The notes under the pieces: generated by a model | Told to the model about the DNA's origin: nothing | Seen by the model: the letters and a program-made list of their open reading frames with translations, nothing else | Database searches by the model: none | Made by a program: the position numbers and the translations under genes | Part shown: in pieces, positions 9,387 through 18,263 of the stretch | Numbering within the stretch: position 1 is the first letter of the stretch | How the letters are laid out: each line of letters begins with the position of its first letter | Origin: Spirochaetia bacterium | GTDB lineage: Bacteria > Spirochaetota > Spirochaetia > SZUA-6 > Bin103 | NCBI GenBank assembly: GCA_965203905.1 | Contig: CBDBDQ010000005.1 | Coordinates: 1,728,001 to 1,792,000 of the forward strand | Length of the DNA stretch: 64,000 nucleotides | Direction of reading: 5' to 3'

Positions 9387-10742
9387 TTACAGCTTCAGGC
9401 GGCCTTCGGCGGAGAAGGGCAGCGGCTGCGGGGGGCCGGTGACCTGGGCGTTGGGGCGGGCGTCCACTTCGGCGGCCAGGTTGACGGACACCTGAAGCTG
9501 GTGCAGCGACAGGGTGTCGCGGATCCAGGCCAGGCGTACCGCGGTGGGGTCGGGGATGGTGCTGGTGCGGATGGCGGCCTGGATCGCGAGCCGGTCGTCG
9601 GCCATCACCATGGGGATCTTCACGGCCGTGGTGGCGGTGGAGGTGAGGGCGTTGGGATAGGTCTCGGCGAAGCTGAGCTTGTCGAACAGGCGCTGGGTGG
9701 TGACGTCGACCACGCCGATGCCGTTGACGTTGCCGCCGGTCGCCGGCGTGGTGTCCAGCGCCACCAGGCGGGTGATGGCGGGACCGCCGCTGGCGAACGG
9801 CGTGGTGTAGCGTCCCACCACGTTGCAGTCGAGGCCGGTGCCGCTGATGTCCTTGCCGATGCGGCCGATCACCAGCACGTCCAGCTCGTCCAGCGGCAGC
9901 CGCGGGTAGAGGTCCCATGCCAGCTCCAGCAGCGCCGGCTCGCGTTCGGGGATGGCCGCCGCCGGCACCAGTTCCAGGTGGTGGGTCTGATGGCGCGCGT
10001 TCTCCACCACCGCCAGGCCGCCGATCACGTTGCCGCGCGCCAGCACCGTCTGTCCGACCGCGGCGATGCGCTCCGCCAACTGGCCGAAGCCGCGGGTATG
10101 GCAGGTCTCGGCGCCCTTCTGCTTGCCCAGGCCGATCGCCAGCATCTTGATCAGCCCGCTCTCATAGCGGCCGCGGAACGAGCTGTGCGGCTTGATCCGG
10201 GCCAGGATCAGCGTGGCATCGGCCTCCGCCGCGAGCTTGTCGCAGTACGCGGGCAGAGCGGGCGCCGCCGCGCCCAGCGCCACCACCTCCATGGAGGATC
10301 GGATCGGCGCCCCCACGGCGGCCTCGGTGACCCCCATCTTGGCCAGCAGCTCGGTCTGGCCGGCGGCGGTGGCCCCGCCGTGGCTGCCCATCGCCGGCAC
10401 CACGAACGGCTCCGCACCGAGCCGCCGCACGGCCGCCGCCAGCAGCCGCACCAGCTCGGGCAGGTTCGCCAGGCCGCGGCTGCCCACCGCCAGCGCCACC
10501 CGCTGCCCCGGCCGCACCATCCCGGCCAGCCCGCCGGCGGCCAGCGCCGCCTCAAGTGTCGCCTCCAGATCGGCAATCGGCGACACCGGGAACTCCTGCC
10601 GTACCGGCACCACGTCCGGCAGTGGCACCCCCTCCAGGATGCGGTCTATGGCAGTACGATCAGAACCTGGCAACGATCCGCTCCAGGGTGTTCCAGTTGC
10701 GCGCCGTGGCGACGACGCCGAGCCGCTTCTCGAGGTACGCAT
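9387..10742 (-). CDS. LarA/lactate racemase-domain protein (DUF2088/DUF362-like); start uncertain, likely true N-terminus near 10655
   Basis: 'VALAVGSRG', 'VPAMGSHGGAT', 'RIKPHSSF', 'KMLAIGLGKQKGA', 'IGKDISGTGLD.NV'. Confidence 0.8.
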   Translation of the reverse strand: MRTSRSGSASSPRRATGTPWSGSLPGSDRTAIDRILEGVPLPDVVPVRQEFPVSPIADLEATLEAALAAGGLAGMVRPGQRVALAVGSRGLANLPELVRLLAAAVRRLGAEPFVVPAMGSHGGATAAGQTELLAKMGVTEAAVGAPIRSSMEVVALGAAAPALPAYCDKLAAEADATLILARIKPHSSFRGRYESGLIKMLAIGLGKQKGAETCHTRGFGQLAERIAAVGQTVLARGNVIGGLAVVENARHQTHHLELVPAAAIPEREPALLELAWDLYPRLPLDELDVLVIGRIGKDISGTGLDCNVVGRYTTPFASGGPAITRLVALDTTPATGGNVNGIGVVDVTTQRLFDKLSFAETYPNALTSTATTAVKIPMVMADDRLAIQAAIRTSTIPDPTAVRLAWIRDTLSLHQLQVSVNLAAEVDARPNAQVTGPPQPLPFSAEGRLKL

Positions 10743-11196
10743 ACGAGAGGGTCATCGCCTTGACGCCATCCGGAGTCCAGACGTAGACCTCGGAACCCTC
10801 GATCGCGATGGCCTCGGGATGGTGATCCTCCTCCAGCAGCGCCCCTGCCACCTCGGGATCGGGCTCCTCGGAGAGGAAGTTCACCAGGTAGCGCGACGGG
10901 TTGGACACGACCTCCTGCAACGGATTGTGCACCAGCACCGCCCGAACCTGGTTGGCCGTTCGGACCACGCAGGGAACGTTTACGTCGAACTCGGCGCTGA
11001 GCAGACGCCGCACGGCGCCGGCCACTTCACTGGGATTGTCCGACTCGGTGGAAACGATCACGTTCCCGCTCTGCAGGACGGTGGCCACCCCGGAGTAGCC
11101 CTGGTCGGCCAACGCCGCCCTGAGTTTCGCCATCGGCACCCGATTGCCGGTCCCGACGTTGATGCCCCGTGGCATCACGAGATAGCGCTCGGTCAT
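10660..11196 (-). CDS. DUF1697 domain protein
   Basis: 'RGINVG.GNRVPMAKLR', 'TVLQSGNV', 'TARNWNT'. Confidence 0.88.
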   Translation of the reverse strand: MTERYLVMPRGINVGTGNRVPMAKLRAALADQGYSGVATVLQSGNVIVSTESDNPSEVAGAVRRLLSAEFDVNVPCVVRTANQVRAVLVHNPLQEVVSNPSRYLVNFLSEEPDPEVAGALLEEDHHPEAIAIEGSEVYVWTPDGVKAMTLSYAYLEKRLGVVATARNWNTLERIVARF

Positions 11197-11585
11197 CGAA
11201 GCTCGTATTCGAGGACGCAGGAGTGCTTGCCCGCGTCGTTGTCGATCTTGAGCGTGCCCGAGATTCCGGCCAGCTCACCGGTGCCGGAGTCCGGAACGAT
11301 CGTCACCGTGAGCGCGGCCTCGCCTTTTTCCATCAGACCGTGGTGTTGCATGAGGAATGAGCCCGCCTTGCCGCCGACCGAGCCGGTGAAGTGCTCGATG
11401 GCAACGTATCCGGCCGAGCCGGGGGTGGCCGTGTAGGCCGCAACCATCTGCGCCTCGGACCTGCCGACCAGGTCACCCGAGAATTGCTTGCGAACCACGT
11501 TCCGGTTGAGCTTGATGCCGTCCTGCTCGAAGAAGGGAGGCTCGGCCTCGATGGTGACTTCGAAGGTTCCGCGAGCGCTAGCCAT
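11193..11585 (-). CDS. DUF3224 domain protein
   Basis: 'KQFSGDLVG', 'SAGYVAIE.FTG', 'GSFLMQH', 'IVPDSGTGELAGISG'. Confidence 0.88.
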   Translation of the reverse strand: MASARGTFEVTIEAEPPFFEQDGIKLNRNVVRKQFSGDLVGRSEAQMVAAYTATPGSAGYVAIEHFTGSVGGKAGSFLMQHHGLMEKGEAALTVTIVPDSGTGELAGISGTLKIDNDAGKHSCVLEYELR

Positions 11586-11598
11586 CAGCAAGTCCCCG

Positions 11599-13791
11599 CT
11601 ACTCCCAGGTACGCTGCGCCACGGCTGCCGCCGCGGCCACGATCTGGTCGTCGCTGACCAGGGTCGCCAGTTCCAGCGCGCGCGACACTGGCGGTGAAAT
11701 GTCCAGCGAGGTGAGCACCGCGACCGGGGCGTCCAGGTCGTCGAAGAAGCGGCTCTGCACCTGGTCCGCCACCGTCGCCGCGATGCCGTGGCTGCGTGCC
11801 GCCTCCTCCACGATCAATACCGCGCCGGTCCTGCCCAGCGAGGCGCCGATGGTGGCGTAGTCCAGGTCGACGTGGTCCAGGGTCTTGAGGTCGATGACCT
11901 CCGCGTTGGCACCCTCGGCCCGCATCCGCTCGGCCAGCGCCAGGCAGCGTCCCACCAGGTGCCCGTAGGTGACGATGGTGAGGTCGTCGCCCTGCGCCAC
12001 CACTTCCGCCTGGCCCAACGGCAGGAAGTAGTCCAGATCCCCCTCGGGCACCGGGAAGGACTGGGTGTAGAGGGCGTGGTGCTCCAGGATCACCACCGGA
12101 TCGAGGGACTGCATGGCGCTGTTGAACAGCCCGATGTAATCGTACGAGTTGGCCGGCGCGATGATGCGGAACCCGGGGAACAGTCCGTAGAGCCCGACCG
12201 GATCCATGGAGTGCTGGGCGCCGTAGCCGAGGCCGGTGCCGATGCGGGTGCGCACCACCAGCGGCACCTCGGTGGTGTTGCCGTACATGTGGCGGCCCTT
12301 GCTGATCTGGTTGAAGAGCTGGTCGGCGGCCACCAGGGCGAAGTCGGCGAACATGATCTCCACCACCACGCGCATGCCGATTTGTGCGGCGCCGAAGCCC
12401 AGGCCGGCGAAGCCGCCCTCGGAGATGGGGGTGTTGATGACGCGCTCGGGGAACCGCGTCGGCAGCCCCTTGGTGGCGCCGTAGGCGCCGCCGCCGAGAT
12501 TGGCCACCTCCTCGCCGAATACGATGGTGCGCGGGTCGCGCTCCAGCCAGCGGCCGGTCACCGCGGCGATGGCATCGGAGTAGGCCAGCGCACCGCCGTC
12601 GGCCCGGTTGCCGCCGCCGTACCCGAACTCGCTGAAGGAAACACCGTCCCACTCGCCTCCGGCGCTGCGCATGCCGTCGGACGCGGTGTGCGGCTCCGGC
12701 CAAAGCTCCGCGCGCACGCTCCAGCTCCCGCCGTCGCCGCGCGCGGCACACGCCTCCATGGCCGCCACCACCGCCTGCTCGCTGCCGGCGCGGATCTGCT
12801 CCACCTCGGCCGCGCTGAGGGTGCCGGCCTGCTCCAGGGCCTCGGGCAGGACGCGGGTCACCTCCTTGCGCGCGTACTGCGCCTCCTCCTCGCGGCTGCG
12901 GTAGCGGAACGCGCTGCCGGGTACGTCGCCGGCGTGGTGGAAGCGGCGGTAGCACTTGGCCTCGATCAGCGCCGGCCGGCCGCCTTCGCGCAGCGCGCCG
13001 GCCACCTGGCCCACCACCTGGTAGATGGCCACCGGGTCGCTGCCGTCGACGATGTAGGCGTCCATGTCGTAGGCGGCGGCGCGCACCGACAGGTCCTCCA
13101 CCGCCGAGGCCTCCTGCACCGAGGTGGCGACCGCGTACAGGTTGTTCTCCACGAAGCAGATCAGCGGCAGGTCCCAGAGCCCGACCATGTTCAGCGCCTC
13201 GTGCAACGCACCCTGGTGCAGGGCGCCGTCGCCGACGAAGGCCACCACCACGTTGCCGCTGCCGGTGTGCTTCTCGGCGTAAGCGGCGCCGGCGGCCAGC
13301 GGCACCCCGCCGCCGACGATGGCGTTGGAGCCGAGGAAGCCCGCCTCCGGGTAGCGCAGGTGCATGGAGCCGCCGCGCCCGCCGCAGTAGCCGGGCGCCA
13401 GGCCCATGATCTCCGCCATGGTGCGGCGCACCACCTCCAGCCCCTCCTCCGGCAGCGCGGCCGCGGCGGCGTCCCAGTCGCCCGGCACCCGGTACTGCAG
13501 CGCCTTGGCCAGGAACTGGTGGTGCGAGCGGTAGGTGGCCGCGAACTTGTCGCCGGGGCGCAGGGCGGCAACGGTGGCCGCCGCGGTGGCTTCCTGGCCG
13601 ACGCTGGTGTGCACCGGTCCCCACACGGCGTCGCTGCCCTTCAACTCCAGCAGGGCCAGCTCGAAGCGGTTGATCAGCAGCACGTCGAACAGCATGCGCG
13701 CCGCCACCGGCTTGGGCAGGGCGGCCAGGTCGTCCGCCTCGGAGGACCACCGCTGCCATTGGAACCGAGGCTTGAGATTCTTGCGTTTCAT
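11599..13791 (-). CDS. ThDP-dependent 2-oxoacid dehydrogenase E1, fused alpha+beta subunits
   Basis: 'HTSVGQEA', 'GRGGSMH', ThDP motif 'GDGA...EALN...ENNLYA'; beta half 'NTPISEGGF', 'YGAQHS', 'EVIDL'. ATG at 13791. Confidence 0.92.
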   Translation of the reverse strand: MKRKNLKPRFQWQRWSSEADDLAALPKPVAARMLFDVLLINRFELALLELKGSDAVWGPVHTSVGQEATAAATVAALRPGDKFAATYRSHHQFLAKALQYRVPGDWDAAAAALPEEGLEVVRRTMAEIMGLAPGYCGGRGGSMHLRYPEAGFLGSNAIVGGGVPLAAGAAYAEKHTGSGNVVVAFVGDGALHQGALHEALNMVGLWDLPLICFVENNLYAVATSVQEASAVEDLSVRAAAYDMDAYIVDGSDPVAIYQVVGQVAGALREGGRPALIEAKCYRRFHHAGDVPGSAFRYRSREEEAQYARKEVTRVLPEALEQAGTLSAAEVEQIRAGSEQAVVAAMEACAARGDGGSWSVRAELWPEPHTASDGMRSAGGEWDGVSFSEFGYGGGNRADGGALAYSDAIAAVTGRWLERDPRTIVFGEEVANLGGGAYGATKGLPTRFPERVINTPISEGGFAGLGFGAAQIGMRVVVEIMFADFALVAADQLFNQISKGRHMYGNTTEVPLVVRTRIGTGLGYGAQHSMDPVGLYGLFPGFRIIAPANSYDYIGLFNSAMQSLDPVVILEHHALYTQSFPVPEGDLDYFLPLGQAEVVAQGDDLTIVTYGHLVGRCLALAERMRAEGANAEVIDLKTLDHVDLDYATIGASLGRTGAVLIVEEAARSHGIAATVADQVQSRFFDDLDAPVAVLTSLDISPPVSRALELATLVSDDQIVAAAAAVAQRTWE

Positions 13792-13799
13792 CAGTTCAC

Positions 13800-14567
13800 C
13801 TAGTCCATATGGAAGCCGCCGTTGACGTCGAGGATCTCGCCGGTGATGTACCGGGCGCGGTCGGACGCCAGGAACGCCACGGCGTCCGCCACCTCGTCCG
13901 CGGTGGCGTAACGCTTGAACGGAATGTTGGCGGCGAAGTTTTGGTTCATCTCGTCTCCCCAGGCGCGCGTCAGGTCGGTGTCGACGGGGCCGGGCGCAAC
14001 CGCGTTCACGTTCACGCCGTGGGCGGCGGCGGCCAGCGCCATCGACTTGGTGAGGGCGATGATCCCGGCCTTGGAGGCGGCGTAGTCGGCCGGGGCCACG
14101 TAGCCGCCGATCTTGGCCGCCAGGGAGGCGATGCTGACGATCTTGCCGTGACCCTGCGCGCACATCACCTTGAGCGCCTCGCGGCTGGTGAGGAAGGTGC
14201 CGCGCAGGTTGATGGTCATGGTGCGGTCCCACTGCTCGGCGCCGAGCTCCAGCAGCGGACACATGGCGATGACGCCGGCGTTGTTCACCAGGATGTCGAT
14301 GCCGCCGTGCTCGCGCGCCACGCCACCGATCAGCGCCACGATCTGCTCCTCCGAAGCGACGTCCGTCCGCCGCGCGTGGCCGTGCCGGCCGCTGGCCGTC
14401 ACCAGCTCGGCGGTGGCCTCGGCCGCCGCCAGGTCGATGTCGCTCACCACCACGTCGGCGCCGTCCCGCGCCAGGGCCAGGCAGATCGCCCGGCCGATGC
14501 CGCGCGCCGCGCCGGTGACCACGGCCACGGGCGCGCGCCCGCCGCTTTCCCGCTGTTCGCTGCTCAC
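13800..14567 (-). CDS. SDR family oxidoreductase (FabG-like)
   Basis: 'TGAARGIG', 'NNAG', 'YAASK', 'VNAVAPG'. RBS GAGGAGG before the GTG at 14567. Confidence 0.92.
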   Translation of the reverse strand: MSSEQRESGGRAPVAVVTGAARGIGRAICLALARDGADVVVSDIDLAAAEATAELVTASGRHGHARRTDVASEEQIVALIGGVAREHGGIDILVNNAGVIAMCPLLELGAEQWDRTMTINLRGTFLTSREALKVMCAQGHGKIVSIASLAAKIGGYVAPADYAASKAGIIALTKSMALAAAAHGVNVNAVAPGPVDTDLTRAWGDEMNQNFAANIPFKRYATADEVADAVAFLASDRARYITGEILDVNGGFHMD

Positions 14568-14603
14568 CGCTCCTCCTCGCTGACGAGCCAATCCGACAGC
14601 CTC

Positions 14604-15050
14604 CTAGCGCAGGGTGTCGGGAGCCTGCCGCAGTTCCACCACTTCGCCGTCGGGACCGAGCAAGTACACCACCCAGACCCCGGGCCGGAATTCGACCGGG
14701 GCGTCGCTCAGGAAGCGTACGCCGGCCGCGCGCAGGCGCTCCACCTCGTCGTGGATCTCACTCACGCGCATGCCGAAGTGGATGTAACCGTGATCCGCCT
14801 GCGTGCGCTCGGCCGCCAGCGCCCGCCCCTCCGGCGTCCGGTACCGGAACAGCTCCAGCATGAACTCGCCGAGAAAGAGGTGGACGATGTCAGCGCAGGC
14901 GCCGTTCACGCCGATCACCCGCCCCAAGGGGAGTTCGGGATCGGCCGGCAGCCGGCGCCGCTCCTCGAACCCGAACAAGCCGGTGTAGAAGCCGATCGAG
15001 CGCTCCATGTCGGCCACGCTCAGGGCCACGTGGTCAGCTCCGTGGATCAT
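14604..15050 (-). CDS. VOC (glyoxalase/epimerase) family protein
   Basis: 'HVALSVADMERSIGFY', 'LELFRY', 'HFGMRV', 'GPDGEVVEL'. Confidence 0.9.
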   Translation of the reverse strand: MIHGADHVALSVADMERSIGFYTGLFGFEERRRLPADPELPLGRVIGVNGACADIVHLFLGEFMLELFRYRTPEGRALAAERTQADHGYIHFGMRVSEIHDEVERLRAAGVRFLSDAPVEFRPGVWVVYLLGPDGEVVELRQAPDTLR

Positions 15051-15288
15051 GCAGCGGCAGGGTACTGCAAACCGGGCCGAACTGCTACGCCGCGCCGCGG
15101 CTTGAGTCAGAGCGTCGCATGACTCATGATCGGCGCCGGCAGCCACCGTGCAGTCGTCAGCCGGGACGGGCCGCACGGTCTCGGCGCCGGCGCCGGCGGG
15201 CACCGCGCCCGATGCCGTGTTACCCTTTCGAGCGTCTGGAGACGCGGTCACCAGCACCTCATGGTGCCCGGATGGAAGGAGCAGGTTT

Positions 15289-17100
15289 ATGCCGATGAAG
15301 CAGCGAGCTACCGGCAGGGTCGGTCGCCACGGACTCCTTGCGGCTCTCCTGGTCCTGTTGGTTGCGACTGGAGCGATACCACAGCCTGATGACCGGGCTG
15401 GGGTAGCCTGGCGACCGGTGCGCATCGGTGGCGGCTTCGCGTCGCCCATGGGGAATACGGGATACTCGCTCACCGCCGTCGCCTGGGGCGACGGGAAGTT
15501 CGTAGCGGTGGGAGGTGGCGGCACGATCGTGCACAGCGGGGACGGCGACCACTGGGAGGAGGCGAGCGCGGGCGCGACCGGCGACTGGCTCGATGCAATT
15601 GCCTGGGGCGACGGGAAGTTCGTGGCGGTGGGAAGTGGCGGCACGATCGTGCACAGTGGGGACGGCGACCGCTGGCAGGAGGCGAGCGCGGGCGCGACCG
15701 GGGAATGGCTCGGAGGCGTTGCGTGGGGCGACGGGAAGTTCGTGGCGGTGGGAAGTGGCGGCACCACCGTGCACAGCAGGGACGGGGATCACTGGGAGCA
15801 GGCGAGCGCCGGCGCCAACGTGGACTGGCTCGCGGCCGTCGCCTGGGGCGCCGGGCGGTTCGTAGCGGTCGGCGGTGACGGTGCCATCGTACACAGCGCG
15901 GACGGGGACCGCTGGCAGGAAGCGAGCGCGGGCGCGACCGGCGACCGACTCGATGCAATTGCCTGGGGCGCCGGGAAGTTCGTGGCGATCGGGAGTGACG
16001 GTACGATCGTGCACAGCGCGGACGGGGAGCGCTGGCAGGAGGCGAGATCCAGCGGCACGGCGGACCGCCTCCGAAGCGTTACCTGGGGCGACGGAAAGTT
16101 CGTGGTGGTCAGCGGCGACGGCAAGGTTTTCCACAGCAGGGAGGGAGATCGTTGGCAGGAGGCAAGCGGCCATGCGGACCATCTCTATGGCGTTGCGTAC
16201 GGCAACGGCGTATTCGTTGCCGTCGGGTGGGGAGCCAGGATCATGCGCAGCACCGATTCCGGCGGGGAACGCTGGCTGGAAGCGAGCGCCAGCCCTGCCG
16301 ATGGTGTCTTGTTGCCTCTCAACGGCGTTGGTTGGAACGGCACGCGCTTTGTCGCGGTCGGTGAGTCCACGATCTTGCACAGCAGCAGTGGGGAGCGTTG
16401 GAGAGATGCGGGCGCCCGCGATATCGCGGACTGGCTCGAAGGCGTAGCCGGGGGTAACGGGAAGTCCGTCGCGGTTGGGAGTACGATCCTGTACAGCAGC
16501 GATGGGGAGCGCTGGAAGGAGGCGAGCACCCGTGGAACGGCGGATTGGCTCAGAGGCGTCACTTGGGGCGGCGGCAAGTTCGTGGCAGTCGGGAGTGGCG
16601 GCTCGATCGTGTACAGCCGGGACGGTGAACGCTGGGAACAGGCGGGCGCGGGAGTAACGGCGGATTGGCTCGGAGGCGTCACCTGGGGCGGCGGCAAGTT
16701 CGTGGCGGTGGGGGGTGGCGGCACGATCCTGCACAGCCGGGACGGTGAACGCTGGGAGCATGCGGACGCCGGAGCAACGGCGGAATGGCTCAGAGGCGTC
16801 ACCTGGGGCGACAGCAAGTTCGTGGCGGTGGGGAGTGGCGGCACGATCCTGCACAGCACGGACGGGGAGCGCTGGGAAGAGGCGAGCGCCGGAGTGACGG
16901 CGGATTGGCTCCGAGGCGTTGCCTGGGGCGGCGGCAAGTTCGTGGCAGTCGGGAGTGGCGGTACGATCGTGTACAGCAGCGATGGAGAGCACTGGAAGGC
17001 GAGCGCCAGCGGTGCCGCGAACGATCTCGCAGGCGTTGTCTGGGGCGCCGGGAGGTTCGTCACGGTCGGGAGGAACGGCACGATCGCGGTGAGTCCGTAA
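15289..17100 (+). CDS. Secreted BNR/Ycf48-like tandem-repeat beta-propeller protein
   Basis: Signal-like hydrophobic segment, then 14 repeats of about 40 aa 'L..VAWG.GKFVAVG..GTI.HS.DG..W'. RBS AAGGAG upstream. Confidence 0.88.
   Translation: MPMKQRATGRVGRHGLLAALLVLLVATGAIPQPDDRAGVAWRPVRIGGGFASPMGNTGYSLTAVAWGDGKFVAVGGGGTIVHSGDGDHWEEASAGATGDWLDAIAWGDGKFVAVGSGGTIVHSGDGDRWQEASAGATGEWLGGVAWGDGKFVAVGSGGTTVHSRDGDHWEQASAGANVDWLAAVAWGAGRFVAVGGDGAIVHSADGDRWQEASAGATGDRLDAIAWGAGKFVAIGSDGTIVHSADGERWQEARSSGTADRLRSVTWGDGKFVVVSGDGKVFHSREGDRWQEASGHADHLYGVAYGNGVFVAVGWGARIMRSTDSGGERWLEASASPADGVLLPLNGVGWNGTRFVAVGESTILHSSSGERWRDAGARDIADWLEGVAGGNGKSVAVGSTILYSSDGERWKEASTRGTADWLRGVTWGGGKFVAVGSGGSIVYSRDGERWEQAGAGVTADWLGGVTWGGGKFVAVGGGGTILHSRDGERWEHADAGATAEWLRGVTWGDSKFVAVGSGGTILHSTDGERWEEASAGVTADWLRGVAWGGGKFVAVGSGGTIVYSSDGEHWKASASGAANDLAGVVWGAGRFVTVGRNGTIAVSP
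15466..17097 (+). repeat. Coding tandem repeats of about 120 bp (14 propeller blades)
   Basis: Near-identical units recur every 120 nt, e.g. 'gcctggggcg' at 15481, 15601, 15841, 15961 and 16921. Confidence 0.92.
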
Positions 17101-17238
17101 CCTGTGATCTATCCAAGCGACGGTCGCGGGTGCTACGTTAGTCGCGACGTCCGTCGCCATCTCTGATGCAGCCAGAACTGTACTCTGCCGCAGACATCCG
17201 CAACTCCGTAGTCGGGATCCGTCCGGTCCGTTAGCAAG

Positions 17239-18258
17239 ATGCCGTTGCGTGCATTGCCCAGGGGTGTGACAGCCGCGGCCCGCGGTGCTGCCGGAGCGTT
17301 GCTGGCGGTCCTGCTCGGCGGCTGCTTTCTGCTGCCGCAGGAGGAGGGCGTGCTGCCCCCGCCGCTGCTCAAGACTCCCGAGATAACCTATCGCACGGTG
17401 ACGGCGGAGGAAACGGTGATCGAGGACCGGGTGACGGTAGGCGGGGTGTTCATCTATCCCAGCCAGTACTCCCTCAAGTTCCGCTTTCGCGCCGGACCGT
17501 TGCGCGGCATCTACGTGCGTTACGGCGACGAGGTGACGCCCGGGCAGGTCGTCGCCGAGCTGGACACCGACCGCCTGCAGCTCGACGTGCGGCGCCAGGA
17601 GATCGTGCTGCGCAAGGCGGAGCTGGCCGCCGAGCGGGCCCGCGCGCAGGGAGCCGATCGCTTCACCACCGAGAATGCCGACCTGGACATCGAGCTGGAA
17701 CGGTTGCGCCTGCAGCAGCTCCAGGAGGAGCTTGCCAAGTCGCAGTTGCGCGCTCCGGTGGCGGGCGAGGTGGTGTACATCGCACCGCTCAGCGAGGGCG
17801 AGTCGGTGGATGCGTTCCGCACCGTGGTCCAGATTGCCGATCCGAGCGAGATCCTGCTCAGCTACAACGGTCCCAAGCGCTCCGAGTTCGCCCTGGGGGC
17901 CGACGTCGCGGTCGACATCCGCGGCACCAGGTATCAGGGCGAGGTGGTGATGACGCCCCTCAACGTGCCGCGCGACGCGCCGGATGAGATGCGCGAGCTG
18001 ATCCTGATGCGGGTGCAGGACCTGCCGGCGGAGGTGGAGAAGGGCGACACCGCCAGCGTGGTGCTGATCCGCGCGCGGCGCGAGGACGTGATCGTGCTGC
18101 CGCGCAACCTGGTGCAGACCTACCTGGGGCGGCGCTTCGTGTACGTGCTGGTCGACGGGCTGCGCGAGGAGCGCAACGTCGAGGTGGGCATCCAGACGCC
18201 GACCCAGGTGGAGGTCGCGGCCGGTCTGGAGGTGGGCGAAGAGGTGGTCGTACGCTAG
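17239..18258 (+). CDS. Efflux membrane-fusion (periplasmic adaptor) lipoprotein
   Basis: Lipobox 'LLGGC', lipoyl-like 'VRYGDEVTPGQVVAELD', coiled coil, 'LRAPVAGEV', C-terminal 'VEVG...GLEVGEEVV'. Confidence 0.88.
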   Translation: MPLRALPRGVTAAARGAAGALLAVLLGGCFLLPQEEGVLPPPLLKTPEITYRTVTAEETVIEDRVTVGGVFIYPSQYSLKFRFRAGPLRGIYVRYGDEVTPGQVVAELDTDRLQLDVRRQEIVLRKAELAAERARAQGADRFTTENADLDIELERLRLQQLQEELAKSQLRAPVAGEVVYIAPLSEGESVDAFRTVVQIADPSEILLSYNGPKRSEFALGADVAVDIRGTRYQGEVVMTPLNVPRDAPDEMRELILMRVQDLPAEVEKGDTASVVLIRARREDVIVLPRNLVQTYLGRRFVYVLVDGLREERNVEVGIQTPTQVEVAAGLEVGEEVVVR

Positions 18259-18263
18259 TCCTG

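Noticed and set aside
15466-17097. Regularly spaced repeats as a possible CRISPR array
   Set aside because: The units are 120-bp in-frame coding repeats with no unique spacers, and no cas genes are present.
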